IMG/VR virus record: IMGVR_UViG_3300005935_000016
Span: 1 to 55,295 of that record
Source of the DNA: a virus
Lineage: Duplodnaviria > Caudoviricetes
Reading direction: 5' to 3' (one strand)
DNA: 55,295 bases
Both the position numbers and the translations under genes were made by a program. The notes beneath the pieces were generated by a model. That model ran no database searches. It worked only from the letters and a program-made list of their open reading frames with translations, and was not told where the DNA came from. Positions 27,875 to 36,717 of this stretch are shown piece after piece (positions within the stretch are counted from its first letter, which is position 1; each line of letters begins with the position of its first letter).

Positions 27875-28936
27875 TTATTTGTTACTCGTGTCTATGTTGT
27901 ACACGTACCCCATGCACGAAAAACCTTCGTCTGCTGGCGTTGTCACGACTATTTTCCATGATGCACTTGTGCCAGTCGTCGAAAAATAATGTGGTCGTTC
28001 TAGTACAGAAGTCTCGAAGTCACTATCGTTCGCGCTAAGGCTAAGAGTCATGTTAGTGTATGCTGAATTAGTATACCCAGTCGTAATGTTTGGAAAAAAC
28101 AATGCTGAGTATGCTGTGTCAGTGTTAACCAACGTTTGTCCAGTTACTTGTATTGTACCAGTTACTCCGCCACCTTGAACATACCGTACTTCTAACACCT
28201 GCATTGAAGCCGTTTGTGCTGCACCAACATTAGTTTGTACTCCAATAAAATATGTTGCACCAAGTCCCGACAAGTCTACTGCGCCAGACCAAGCTGACCA
28301 TTCTGTTCCTGCAGTCGAAAATGAACGATAGTATGCGTTCTCTGTTGCTGCATCATAATAAATTTCGTATAATGTGTTAGAAGTTACACTTGAGAATATT
28401 GTGCTATAAGACGACGGTCCATCTGCTGCGATAATTCTTCCAGTACCGCCAGATGTTGTTACTGTCCCAACATGAATGAATACTGTACAATCTCCGTCAG
28501 TTAACTTGAAATCTGTTACTGAACCATCAGAAAATACTGTATTGTTTGCACTACCAACTGCCGGCAAAGCTTCAGAAGATATCGTTAATATTCCACCACT
28601 TACAGTAGTAGTGTTTGATCCATCTGATACAGCAGCTTGTGAATTTGTCCACAACGTTGTATCTAATGCAACGCCAGGGAATGTGTCATACAAGTTTGCA
28701 ATGTATGTTACACCATAATCTGAACCGGCATTGACAGAATCTCCACTATCATAATCTTCTGAACCGTTTCTTACTAAAATTGAATATTGTCCACTTTCTT
28801 CTCTATCAGACTCTGCGTCAATTAACCATTTTAAAGCAACACCTCTAAAGTTAGATCCTATAGTATCTAAAATCCTGTCTATGTCCGCGGCATAAAATAT
28901 TTCGCCGTCAGTTTTTGGTAAATCTCCAGCAGCCAT
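27875..28936 (-). CDS. Tail fibre / receptor-binding-like virion protein
   Basis: N-terminal DGEIFYAAD anchor-like motif; S/T/G-rich beta content; position after tail tip genes. Confidence 0.55.
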   Translation of the reverse strand: MAAGDLPKTDGEIFYAADIDRILDTIGSNFRGVALKWLIDAESDREESGQYSILVRNGSEDYDSGDSVNAGSDYGVTYIANLYDTFPGVALDTTLWTNSQAAVSDGSNTTTVSGGILTISSEALPAVGSANNTVFSDGSVTDFKLTDGDCTVFIHVGTVTTSGGTGRIIAADGPSSYSTIFSSVTSNTLYEIYYDAATENAYYRSFSTAGTEWSAWSGAVDLSGLGATYFIGVQTNVGAAQTASMQVLEVRYVQGGGVTGTIQVTGQTLVNTDTAYSALFFPNITTGYTNSAYTNMTLSLSANDSDFETSVLERPHYFSTTGTSASWKIVVTTPADEGFSCMGYVYNIDTSNK

Positions 28937-28979
28937 TTTAAATCGTATCTCCTGTTGTATAATTATTTTTTATCATTAT

Positions 28980-29234
28980 TTATTCTCCTATTTCGAAGTG
29001 TGGTCTTAATTCACCATTTACTTCTTTTGTCATCAAATCGTTTCTTAAATTTAATATTGAACATAATTCCCTAACCCTTCCAGCCATTTCTTGTTGATTC
29101 ATTACTATAATGTGTCCAATACCATACATACTTGCAGACCATGGATAGTCTTTAGCTTCTAATTCGTTGAATACGCCAATATAACTACCAAGCTTGCAAT
29201 GTAATATTTTTTTATTTTTTTCGTCGATTTCCAT
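28980..29234 (-). CDS. Hypothetical protein
   Basis: Probable ATG at 29234, right after the upstream stop. Confidence 0.5.
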   Translation of the reverse strand: MEIDEKNKKILHCKLGSYIGVFNELEAKDYPWSASMYGIGHIIVMNQQEMAGRVRELCSILNLRNDLMTKEVNGELRPHFEIGE

Positions 29235-29235
29235 T

Positions 29236-29598
29236 TTAATATATTTGAAATGTGATTTGTACTTGTAATTCGTTAGTGCCGTCAAAATTTATTCCAACAA
29301 AACCTTCGTAATTCCACAACGTTCCACTTAACGATGCTCCGCTGCTAAATATTCCTATTTCTGATATTGATGTTCCGCTTAGATCGATAGCTGCAAAGTC
29401 TGTCGTGTAAGTAACATTTTTTTGTATTGATGAATCTGTCGATGCGAATGCATTTCTCTGATATTCGTTGTCTAATAAAACTGTAGATGGCGAAAACGCA
29501 ACGCTACCACTACCCAACGCACAATACGCCGGTCTATTAACCACTGAACCAGATAACAATAAAGCTAACCCGCTTAGTCCTGAATCTACTATTCCCAT
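29236..29598 (-). CDS. Tail tip/baseplate small protein
   Basis: YCALGSG..L.NE..R..ISEIGIF pattern of tail-collar-type domains. Confidence 0.65.
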   Translation of the reverse strand: MGIVDSGLSGLALLLSGSVVNRPAYCALGSGSVAFSPSTVLLDNEYQRNAFASTDSSIQKNVTYTTDFAAIDLSGTSISEIGIFSSGASLSGTLWNYEGFVGINFDGTNELQVQITFQIY

Positions 29599-31130
29599 TA
29601 TGTTTCTCCTCCACTTACTTGAAAAGCATAACTTTTAGCAAAGCTTCCCGCCAAGTATGGTTGTGTCCCAGTAACGACTCCAAGTCGGCCGTTGTCTGGG
29701 TGTGCTAATATAAACTTACTACCGATATCCCACGTTTGTGCTGTCCATGAGCTAACGATAAAACCAAAACTACCAGTTCCCGTTTTTAATCTAGTGATGA
29801 CATCAGCCGAGTTTACATCAGCTGCTTGTAATTTTTTAACATCTAAAATCAACTGTTTTAAAGTATCGACAACATCTTTCAACGTGTTGCTAACTGTTAC
29901 TTTTATAACTGATTCCGAAAATACTGTAGTTGAATTGAATTGATATTTAACTGATGTCATTGTTAACACTTCGTTAGAAACATTGTGGTATGGTAAATTT
30001 ACAACCGCTGTCTCTCCCGGTGTTAATAATGAAACACCTTTTAATTGCAAAGTCCCTTCCTTCTTCGGATCTTTGTTTAATGATAACTGACTTTGTACTA
30101 TATCGATCGCTGTGTTAGGATCTTCTATATTATTATCTTGAATTACTTTACTACGTTTGCCATACTGTGAAATACTGGATTCATCCTGACCTTGTTTAAT
30201 TATTGGTGAATTTCTATAATAGTCCATTGTTATCGTATCACCAGAAGGTGGCATGTTATCGCTAGCAACTGTTCCAGACGTAAATATAATCAATTTATCA
30301 TTAAAACTTACCAAATATTGTTCAGTTGAACCAGGTACTGATACCATTTCGAAAACACCACCAGTAAAGATACTACCAGCAACATCGATTGTTGTATTGT
30401 ATGGACTATATTTTAAAGTGTATTCTGAACCAGCTCCATCTGAAGTAAATATTTCTCGTATCGCCGTTAAAGTCGAACCGCCGAAAACCCAAACATCGTT
30501 ATATATTTCGTTTCCAGATGTTTTGAATTTAGCATTCAACGTGTTAGTATTATTAAAAGTTAATCCGCTAGATGTCGTTTCATTTTCTTCGAAGTGTAAA
30601 TCATTATCGTCATCTACATAAAATTTGAAATTAGATAATTCAGCTAATTGTTCCAAAGCATCATAGACGCTTATGTTTGAAAATGTAATTCGTTCTAATG
30701 TAGTAGTAGTTGTGTTGACATTAACTCTAGTCAAACCACCTGTAACGTATTTATCGAAAATATCTATAACAGTCAAACTAACTTCTTGAGTATTATAAAC
30801 TTCGGGTTCGACTAAATTATCCATCAATCTTGACGTTCCATAATCCAAACCGCTAATAGTTAATATTTCAGTGTTTGGTTTCCCAGTATATTTAATATCT
30901 CTAATGATTGCCGTGATGATCGTCTGTGTTGGTGGAGTAACATCTTCTTCTGCTTTGATTGTTAGTTGTTCTCCAACTGTAAACTCATCATCATATATAC
31001 CATCGAAATTATCGAAATCTATTGACCATGTTGATGCTGCACTAAAGTCCGATGTTTTTTTAGTTACCTTAATGTTTTTAGCATCCGGGTATTCTGTACC
31101 ACCTTTATCAATTAGAGTATATATAACCAT
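29598..31130 (-). CDS. Baseplate hub / tail tip protein
   Basis: FYVDDDNDLHF, NDVWVFG, SISQYG; follows the tape measure gene. Confidence 0.75.
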   Translation of the reverse strand: MVIYTLIDKGGTEYPDAKNIKVTKKTSDFSAASTWSIDFDNFDGIYDDEFTVGEQLTIKAEEDVTPPTQTIITAIIRDIKYTGKPNTEILTISGLDYGTSRLMDNLVEPEVYNTQEVSLTVIDIFDKYVTGGLTRVNVNTTTTTLERITFSNISVYDALEQLAELSNFKFYVDDDNDLHFEENETTSSGLTFNNTNTLNAKFKTSGNEIYNDVWVFGGSTLTAIREIFTSDGAGSEYTLKYSPYNTTIDVAGSIFTGGVFEMVSVPGSTEQYLVSFNDKLIIFTSGTVASDNMPPSGDTITMDYYRNSPIIKQGQDESSISQYGKRSKVIQDNNIEDPNTAIDIVQSQLSLNKDPKKEGTLQLKGVSLLTPGETAVVNLPYHNVSNEVLTMTSVKYQFNSTTVFSESVIKVTVSNTLKDVVDTLKQLILDVKKLQAADVNSADVITRLKTGTGSFGFIVSSWTAQTWDIGSKFILAHPDNGRLGVVTGTQPYLAGSFAKSYAFQVSGGET

Positions 31131-31131
31131 T

Positions 31132-33027
31132 TTAGTATGAAATCATCGTGCTAAGTTTTGATTGTAATGCTTCTGCCACTACGTCTGCGTCTAACCCGTT
31201 GACATTTTCAATTTGTACCATCACACTCATACCACTTAAATCACTCTGGTTTGGTTCTGATAATTGAAAATTGTCTGGAGATGTTTGTAAAAGTTGTTCA
31301 GTATCGCCACCTTGTAATAAATTGCCCGCTTGTTGTACCATCACACTCATACCACTTAAATCACTCTGGTTTGGTTCTAATAATTGAAAATTGTCTGGAG
31401 TTGTTTGTAAAAGTTGTTCAGTATCGCCACCTTGTAATAAATTGCCCGCTTGTTGACCAAGACCACTCATGCCGAGTGTCGCCACATTAAGACTTGTTGC
31501 TGGTATTGATTCTGAAAAAGTACCAAGAAAACTGTCAGATAACATATCGTTTATGTCTTTAATAATATCATAAACGTCTGTTAAAGCATCGGAAACGATT
31601 GCTAATGCATCTGCTAATAAAACAAATAAAGATAAAATATCTTCTAAATATCCACTTTCTATTAAAATGTTCACCATTCCCACAAAACTTTCTAGTATAT
31701 TTCCAGTAAATGTTGCCATGTTAGAAAACAATGATGTAATATCGTCCTTATTATCAATCAAAAAATTAAACATTTTTTCAGTAGTTTCTTTTAATAACTC
31801 CCAATCCAACTCTTCAACAAATGTTGTAGCAGTATCAGTCACTGTTTGTAATGCCCCTGCAAATGTATCCATTAATCCAGTGAATACTTCACTTTCAGTT
31901 ATTGTATTTATAAGAGTTTGAAATTTTTCAGTCAATGGGGTAATTACTGGTAATAACTCAGTAAGAATAGAATCACCAATGTCAGTCATTGCGCTTCCAA
32001 TTGTATTCTTCATTTGGTTAAACAAATTTTCCGATGTCCCAGACATAATTTCGAATTGTGATTGTGCCATACCAGTCGAATCTGAAACACTTTCTATAGA
32101 TGCCGCAACGTCGTCGGACGCCGCTCCTAAAAGTGGTAATACAGCTCTTAATGCTTCTTCAGAATTAAACAATTTAGCCAATGATTCTGTGTCGTCACCA
32201 ACAACATCGGCCAATGATTCTAATGTTCCAACAAGACCCAATTCTTCAATTGCTGCTTGTCCAGATTCAAAGCCTAGAAATTCTAACGCCTCTTGCATTT
32301 CTTTAGTCGGCTTAATTAATTTAGTAAGTGTAGAATTTAATGCAGTTGCTGCTTGTTCGGGACTTGCCATTACTTTAGTCAATCCAGCGAAAATTCCCGC
32401 TGTTTCTTCTAATGAAACTCCCATCTCACCAGCACTAGCAGAAACTCTTGGGAATGCACTAGCCAGTTGATCCATCGTAGTTTGACCCGCAGCTACTGTT
32501 GCTGCGAATACATCAAATACTCTACCAGAATCTTCAGCCTCTATACCGAACGCAGCCATAGTTTTTGTACTTGCTTCGATAACAGAAGATAATTCAGCTG
32601 AACCACCTATAGATGCTTTAGTCGCTTCTTCTAAAAATGCAGTAGCTGTTGCAGTATCTGTAATACCAGCGGAAACAGTTTGATACAAACCAGCAGCCGC
32701 TTCTAACTCTCCACCGGCTAATCCAAATTCAGATGCTAAACTCTGTGTCGAGTTAGCTAATGCTTCCATGTCTTCATCAGTTCCGACTAGCAATGTTTCT
32801 ACATTAGACATCGATGTTTCAAAACTAGCAGCACTTTTCACTGCTTCGACTCCGAATATGGTTGCTGCAACACCGACAGCGGCAAATGCAGTTCCAACAG
32901 ATAATGCAGCGGTTGAAAAACTTTTCATACTCGATTCTGCTGAATTAAAAGTAGAACTAAAGTTATCGACAGCGTTGATTAAAATATTAACACTAGCAGC
33001 TCCACCAAATGCACCTAAACTTACCAT
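31132..33027 (-). CDS. Tail tape measure protein (TP901-like core)
   Basis: Ala-rich helical, INAVDNFS start, ALNSTL..LIKP; downstream of the tail chaperone. Confidence 0.9.
   Translation of the reverse strand: MVSLGAFGGAASVNILINAVDNFSSTFNSAESSMKSFSTAALSVGTAFAAVGVAATIFGVEAVKSAASFETSMSNVETLLVGTDEDMEALANSTQSLASEFGLAGGELEAAAGLYQTVSAGITDTATATAFLEEATKASIGGSAELSSVIEASTKTMAAFGIEAEDSGRVFDVFAATVAAGQTTMDQLASAFPRVSASAGEMGVSLEETAGIFAGLTKVMASPEQAATALNSTLTKLIKPTKEMQEALEFLGFESGQAAIEELGLVGTLESLADVVGDDTESLAKLFNSEEALRAVLPLLGAASDDVAASIESVSDSTGMAQSQFEIMSGTSENLFNQMKNTIGSAMTDIGDSILTELLPVITPLTEKFQTLINTITESEVFTGLMDTFAGALQTVTDTATTFVEELDWELLKETTEKMFNFLIDNKDDITSLFSNMATFTGNILESFVGMVNILIESGYLEDILSLFVLLADALAIVSDALTDVYDIIKDINDMLSDSFLGTFSESIPATSLNVATLGMSGLGQQAGNLLQGGDTEQLLQTTPDNFQLLEPNQSDLSGMSVMVQQAGNLLQGGDTEQLLQTSPDNFQLSEPNQSDLSGMSVMVQIENVNGLDADVVAEALQSKLSTMISY
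31213..31455. repeat. 120-bp tandem duplication in the tape measure C-terminus
   Basis: Two copies differing at only 31259/31379 and 31281/31401; encodes a 40-aa repeat. Confidence 0.95.
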
Positions 33028-33218
33028 TATCTTCTTCGTCCTCTTTTTCTTTTAGCTTTGTTTTTCTGTGCTGCTTTTTTCTTTTGTCTAATGTCATCGT
33101 TATGTTGTTTTATTAACACTTCGATTTCCATCATAGTTAACTGCGGTATATTAAAAAAATTATATCCTCGGACATGTAACATAGTTATTAAGTCCGACTC
33201 ATTTTTTATTCTTTTTTT
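33027..33218 (-). CDS. gpGT-like -1 frameshift extension of the tail chaperone
   Basis: A-AAA-AAA at 33218-33212 just before the chaperone stop; the -1 frame (RIKNESDL..IPQLTMMEIEVL..RRR) is open to a TAA overlapping the TMP ATG. Confidence 0.75.
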   Translation of the reverse strand, partial: KKRIKNESDLITMLHVRGYNFFNIPQLTMMEIEVLIKQHNDDIRQKKKAAQKNKAKRKRGRRR

Positions 33219-33601
33219 GATTGCACTTCTTTCATCGCTTTATTCAAAACTTCTTTTTTATTACTGTTAAATTTAGATTGTTCCCAACCAGTACTGATTG
33301 CAAAAATCGCTTTAACTATCGCATCGGCAAATTTTGGTTGCATTGATTCAATCTCTGACTCTGTATACTTTGGAGTATGACAGTGTTTTAAAATTAATTC
33401 GTCGTCTTGCGATTTAGACGTGTCTTTTGATTTACTTTCAGCTACAACTCTTTGTAACTCACCCTTTTTTAATGGTATAACCATTATGGTAGGTTTATTG
33501 CCATCGTCGACTTTTAAAGTCTCTAATACTACCTCTTGTGGTAGTAAATTATTGTTTTCGTCTCTTAAAAATAACGTGTCTGTTTTTTCTAATAATGCCA
33601 T
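33206..33601 (-). CDS. Tail assembly chaperone
   Basis: Between tail tube and TMP; slippery site at its 3' end. Confidence 0.75.
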   Translation of the reverse strand: MALLEKTDTLFLRDENNNLLPQEVVLETLKVDDGNKPTIMVIPLKKGELQRVVAESKSKDTSKSQDDELILKHCHTPKYTESEIESMQPKFADAIVKAIFAISTGWEQSKFNSNKKEVLNKAMKEVQSKKE

Positions 33602-33642
33602 GTCTTTACCCTCCTAAAGATAAAAAAATAAAAAATAAAAAA

Positions 33643-34644
33643 TTACCAAGCGTTGTATTGCTCAGTAGTATCTGCAACAACCACGCTCGCAGTTTGCGGA
33701 ATGATTGTTATTGTTTGTTCGTTTACACCTTCAATCGGTGTTGGTGAACTCATATCGTCTAATACACAACCGCTTAAACTCATAAGCATGCTAGCACTTC
33801 CAGCTCTTGCTGTGTCGTTAACTTCGAATAATACGTTGAACTTGCTACCAGTTAAGAAATATGTGTTATACAATGTTTGTGTCCATTCAGTGGACTCATC
33901 TAATGTTAAAGACAACTCGTAATCTCGTGTTGTTGGTATTGGTAACTCGATAACTTGACTTCCATTTAGATAATGTCTAGCAACTAAGTTGTTGTTAACT
34001 GTAAGACTAACATCTTTAAGTCCATCAATTGTATTTCCTGATTCTAAGTGAACTTTGAAATCTTGCCATTTATACGGTCTACTAGTATCTTGTGTGATTG
34101 CGGTTCTTTCTCCTGATCCAGCTGTTACATTTTGTGCGATGTAATTAACTTCAACAGTAGCCATTTCTCCTTCTGCAGAACTCACAGAAAAACTGTCTAC
34201 CATACAACCTACCACTGTTCTTACAAAATTATTACTACCGGGTTGTGGTCCCATGTGAGAATCTTCGATTGTAAAACTCGTAAAAGGATTCTTTGTTCCA
34301 CTTGTTGCATAATTTCCGTTATCTGAATTAACTTCGCTAATCACGTGTGAATAGGGTGAAGGTGATCCAGCATCAACATTACTTCCTAAAGCAAATGCTA
34401 AAAATTTCCAATCTTGTGGATATATCGATAACGTTCCCGTTACGTCTTTTGTACTATTTTCGAATTGCGAGACATTCCTATCCCCAGTTCCTGTATATCT
34501 AATTCTTTCTTTAGTTACAGTTTCGTCAACCTCGTGGTTTTGTACCAAACCAGGCCAATGCAATGTAGTCCCTAAGGTACTTGCGTATGTTCCAGATTCA
34601 TAAAAGAATCCTACATAATTTTGATCACTAATCATATATGCCAT
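33643..34644 (-). CDS. Tail tube (major tail) protein
   Basis: SFTIE..GCMVDSFSVS..SLTVNNNL pattern; position; followed by an oligo-T terminator. Confidence 0.8.
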   Translation of the reverse strand: MAYMISDQNYVGFFYESGTYASTLGTTLHWPGLVQNHEVDETVTKERIRYTGTGDRNVSQFENSTKDVTGTLSIYPQDWKFLAFALGSNVDAGSPSPYSHVISEVNSDNGNYATSGTKNPFTSFTIEDSHMGPQPGSNNFVRTVVGCMVDSFSVSSAEGEMATVEVNYIAQNVTAGSGERTAITQDTSRPYKWQDFKVHLESGNTIDGLKDVSLTVNNNLVARHYLNGSQVIELPIPTTRDYELSLTLDESTEWTQTLYNTYFLTGSKFNVLFEVNDTARAGSASMLMSLSGCVLDDMSSPTPIEGVNEQTITIIPQTASVVVADTTEQYNAW

Positions 34645-34659
34645 TTTTATTTTCTCCTA

Positions 34660-35109
34660 TTATGTTATAACTTGATAATTTATATCAAAAACTTTACTTT
34701 TTATACCGTTTGCGCCGTCTTCATCAACGTTTACTGCCGAATTTATATTAAATCCCCATAGATTTTGTTCGACAGTACCTTCGCCACTATCAAATTGTTT
34801 AGTCCTCAGAGTGGTATATAACTCTTGAGCCAATTTGTCTTTTTCTTTTTCGTTTCGCCCCCAAACTCGTACCTCGACTTTCATGTTAACAAGACTTTGT
34901 TCGCTTGCTAAACCTAATCTCCTAGTCGAGAAATTGTTTTGTTTGACGGTGATATGTGGATAGTTTACATACCTAGATGGATAACCAGTTACCACAAAGC
35001 TACTATTACCACTTCTGGTCGAAGTAATCGGATCTGTTACTCCAGATGCTATTACGCTCCTTAATAATAAAATAGAGTCTTGTATAAAAGTTGCTTCGTT
35101 TACTGTCAT
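34660..35109 (-). CDS. Tail terminator-like protein
   Basis: YPHITV..EVRVW pattern; directly upstream of the tail tube. Confidence 0.65.
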   Translation of the reverse strand: MTVNEATFIQDSILLLRSVIASGVTDPITSTRSGNSSFVVTGYPSRYVNYPHITVKQNNFSTRRLGLASEQSLVNMKVEVRVWGRNEKEKDKLAQELYTTLRTKQFDSGEGTVEQNLWGFNINSAVNVDEDGANGIKSKVFDINYQVIT

Positions 35110-35174
35110 TTTCCACCTGGAATATAAAATCGCACATGCGATAGATTGTTACATATATTAATATGATTATTACA

Positions 35175-35202
35175 TTTATAAACCTAATTTCTAGATATAT
35201 AT
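35175..35202 (-). promoter_or_regulatory. Conserved late-type promoter, copy 1
   Basis: Plus strand TTTATAAACCTAATTTCTAGATATATAT. Confidence 0.7.
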
Positions 35203-35583
35203 TTATAACGCAGATTTAATCTCGTCTTCGATAAATTCTTTAACTTTAGATTCTTCTCGATTCGCGGTGTTACCAAAATGACTTCTTGCTGTAATCTTAG
35301 ACGTACCAAACTCTAAATATACGGCATAATCTAATGGAGAAAAAACTTGAGCACTTAAATCATCAGATTCACTTCGTATAGAATTTTGGAACCGACCAGT
35401 GTCGACCGATTTTGGTTCTGCTCGACGACCAGCAATACTTTCGACAACTTCGCTTTCGATAAATAATGCAGCTTTAGTTATAGCAGTTTGAGCCGCCTTT
35501 AACGCTTCAGAACTAGATTTTGCTAATTTAGAAATCGCTTGACTTTCGCCCTCGATTTCAATGCTAAAAGAATTTTTAGCCAT
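35203..35583 (-). CDS. HK97 gp10-like neck/tail-completion protein
   Basis: VDTGRFQNSI and YAVYLEFGT. Confidence 0.85.
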   Translation of the reverse strand: MAKNSFSIEIEGESQAISKLAKSSSEALKAAQTAITKAALFIESEVVESIAGRRAEPKSVDTGRFQNSIRSESDDLSAQVFSPLDYAVYLEFGTSKITARSHFGNTANREESKVKEFIEDEIKSAL

Positions 35584-36011
35584 TATACTTCACCAATAAA
35601 TGAACCAGCGTTTAATACTCGAATAAAACATTTGTAATATACGTCGTCTGGTCCAACACTATAAACCAAGTTACCATTATCGATAATAGAATAGTTAACA
35701 AAATTCGGTGAACCTACTCCAATCTTTGTATATCTGTCTAAATCTGTTGCTAAACTACCAGCTATATACAACTTAGAATCGTCAAATTGAATTTGACCTT
35801 GTGTTAATAACTTAAAATCTTCGCCACCAGTTGAAGACGTGACAGGGAATCGTAACCCGCTAATATAAATATCAGCGCCACTTTTAGTTAAAAATGCATC
35901 GTCATAATCTGCTCCAGAATAAGATTCTACATAGTACTTTAATCTAAGTACTTCTCCATAGTCATTAAAAATTCCAATGACATCATCTCGTAAATCTGTT
36001 CCAAAGCTCAT
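35583..36011 (-). CDS. Head closure protein
   Basis: Size and position in the neck module. Confidence 0.55.
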   Translation of the reverse strand: MSFGTDLRDDVIGIFNDYGEVLRLKYYVESYSGADYDDAFLTKSGADIYISGLRFPVTSSTGGEDFKLLTQGQIQFDDSKLYIAGSLATDLDRYTKIGVGSPNFVNYSIIDNGNLVYSVGPDDVYYKCFIRVLNAGSFIGEV

Positions 36012-36020
36012 TTTTTATTT

Positions 36021-36407
36021 TTAAGAATTTGCTTTAAATAGTTTTATTCTTCTACCTAAAATTCTTAATTCTTCTGACAACATTTTGTCTGCACTTATAC
36101 GTGAATTAGAAATATTAGAATTTCCACCTTTAGAAATCGATAGGTCTCCTAATTTGACATTACTAACATCTGTTCCAATAACTTCTAACACGCCATAAAC
36201 GTCGTACATTGTCTTGTATAAAATTGAGTTGTGATATTTTTGGTCGATACTAACACTTCCGATAGTATAACCAGTTCGTTGTTCAATATGAGAAATGGCT
36301 CTTTCTATAATACCATACATATCAGTTCCACTTATCGATATCGGTACATTGTCTATTAACTTCTGTACTTCCGCTTGAGCGCTTCCTAGATTCCATAATG
36401 TTGCCAT
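36021..36407 (-). CDS. Head-tail adaptor
   Basis: Helical, VKLGDLSISKG motif, position. Confidence 0.6.
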   Translation of the reverse strand: MATLWNLGSAQAEVQKLIDNVPISISGTDMYGIIERAISHIEQRTGYTIGSVSIDQKYHNSILYKTMYDVYGVLEVIGTDVSNVKLGDLSISKGGNSNISNSRISADKMLSEELRILGRRIKLFKANS

Positions 36408-36416
36408 TTTAAATTA

Positions 36417-36716
36417 TTAAATATATTTAGCCGAAGATAGACGACCCAATATTTCCTTTTTAGTATCTCTCTCGATATTGTACTCGATGTCGATATTATT
36501 ATCTACCATCCAAGCTTTGATTTCTTTTTCTTTCCAACTTAGCTCTGGTATAATAGAAAATTTTGTTTTACTTTTAACTTGTGGTTTTGTTTCTTCGATA
36601 TTATCTAAATATCTACCCAGTCCAGATTCAACTAACTTTTTAGCATCATGTTCATTCAGATATTCGATTCGATGAGGTCCATGTGACCCAGTGTATTCAA
36701 TTCTAACTTTTTTCAT
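36417..36716 (-). CDS. Small protein with C-terminal HeH/LEM-like motif
   Basis: WKEKEIKAWM..NIDI..TKKEIL. Confidence 0.5.
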   Translation of the reverse strand: MKKVRIEYTGSHGPHRIEYLNEHDAKKLVESGLGRYLDNIEETKPQVKSKTKFSIIPELSWKEKEIKAWMVDNNIDIEYNIERDTKKEILGRLSSAKYI

Positions 36717-36717
36717 T

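Noticed and set aside
31213-31455. DGR template/variable repeat pair
   Set aside because: The copies are tandem and in frame, have only two mismatches, and no reverse transcriptase is present.
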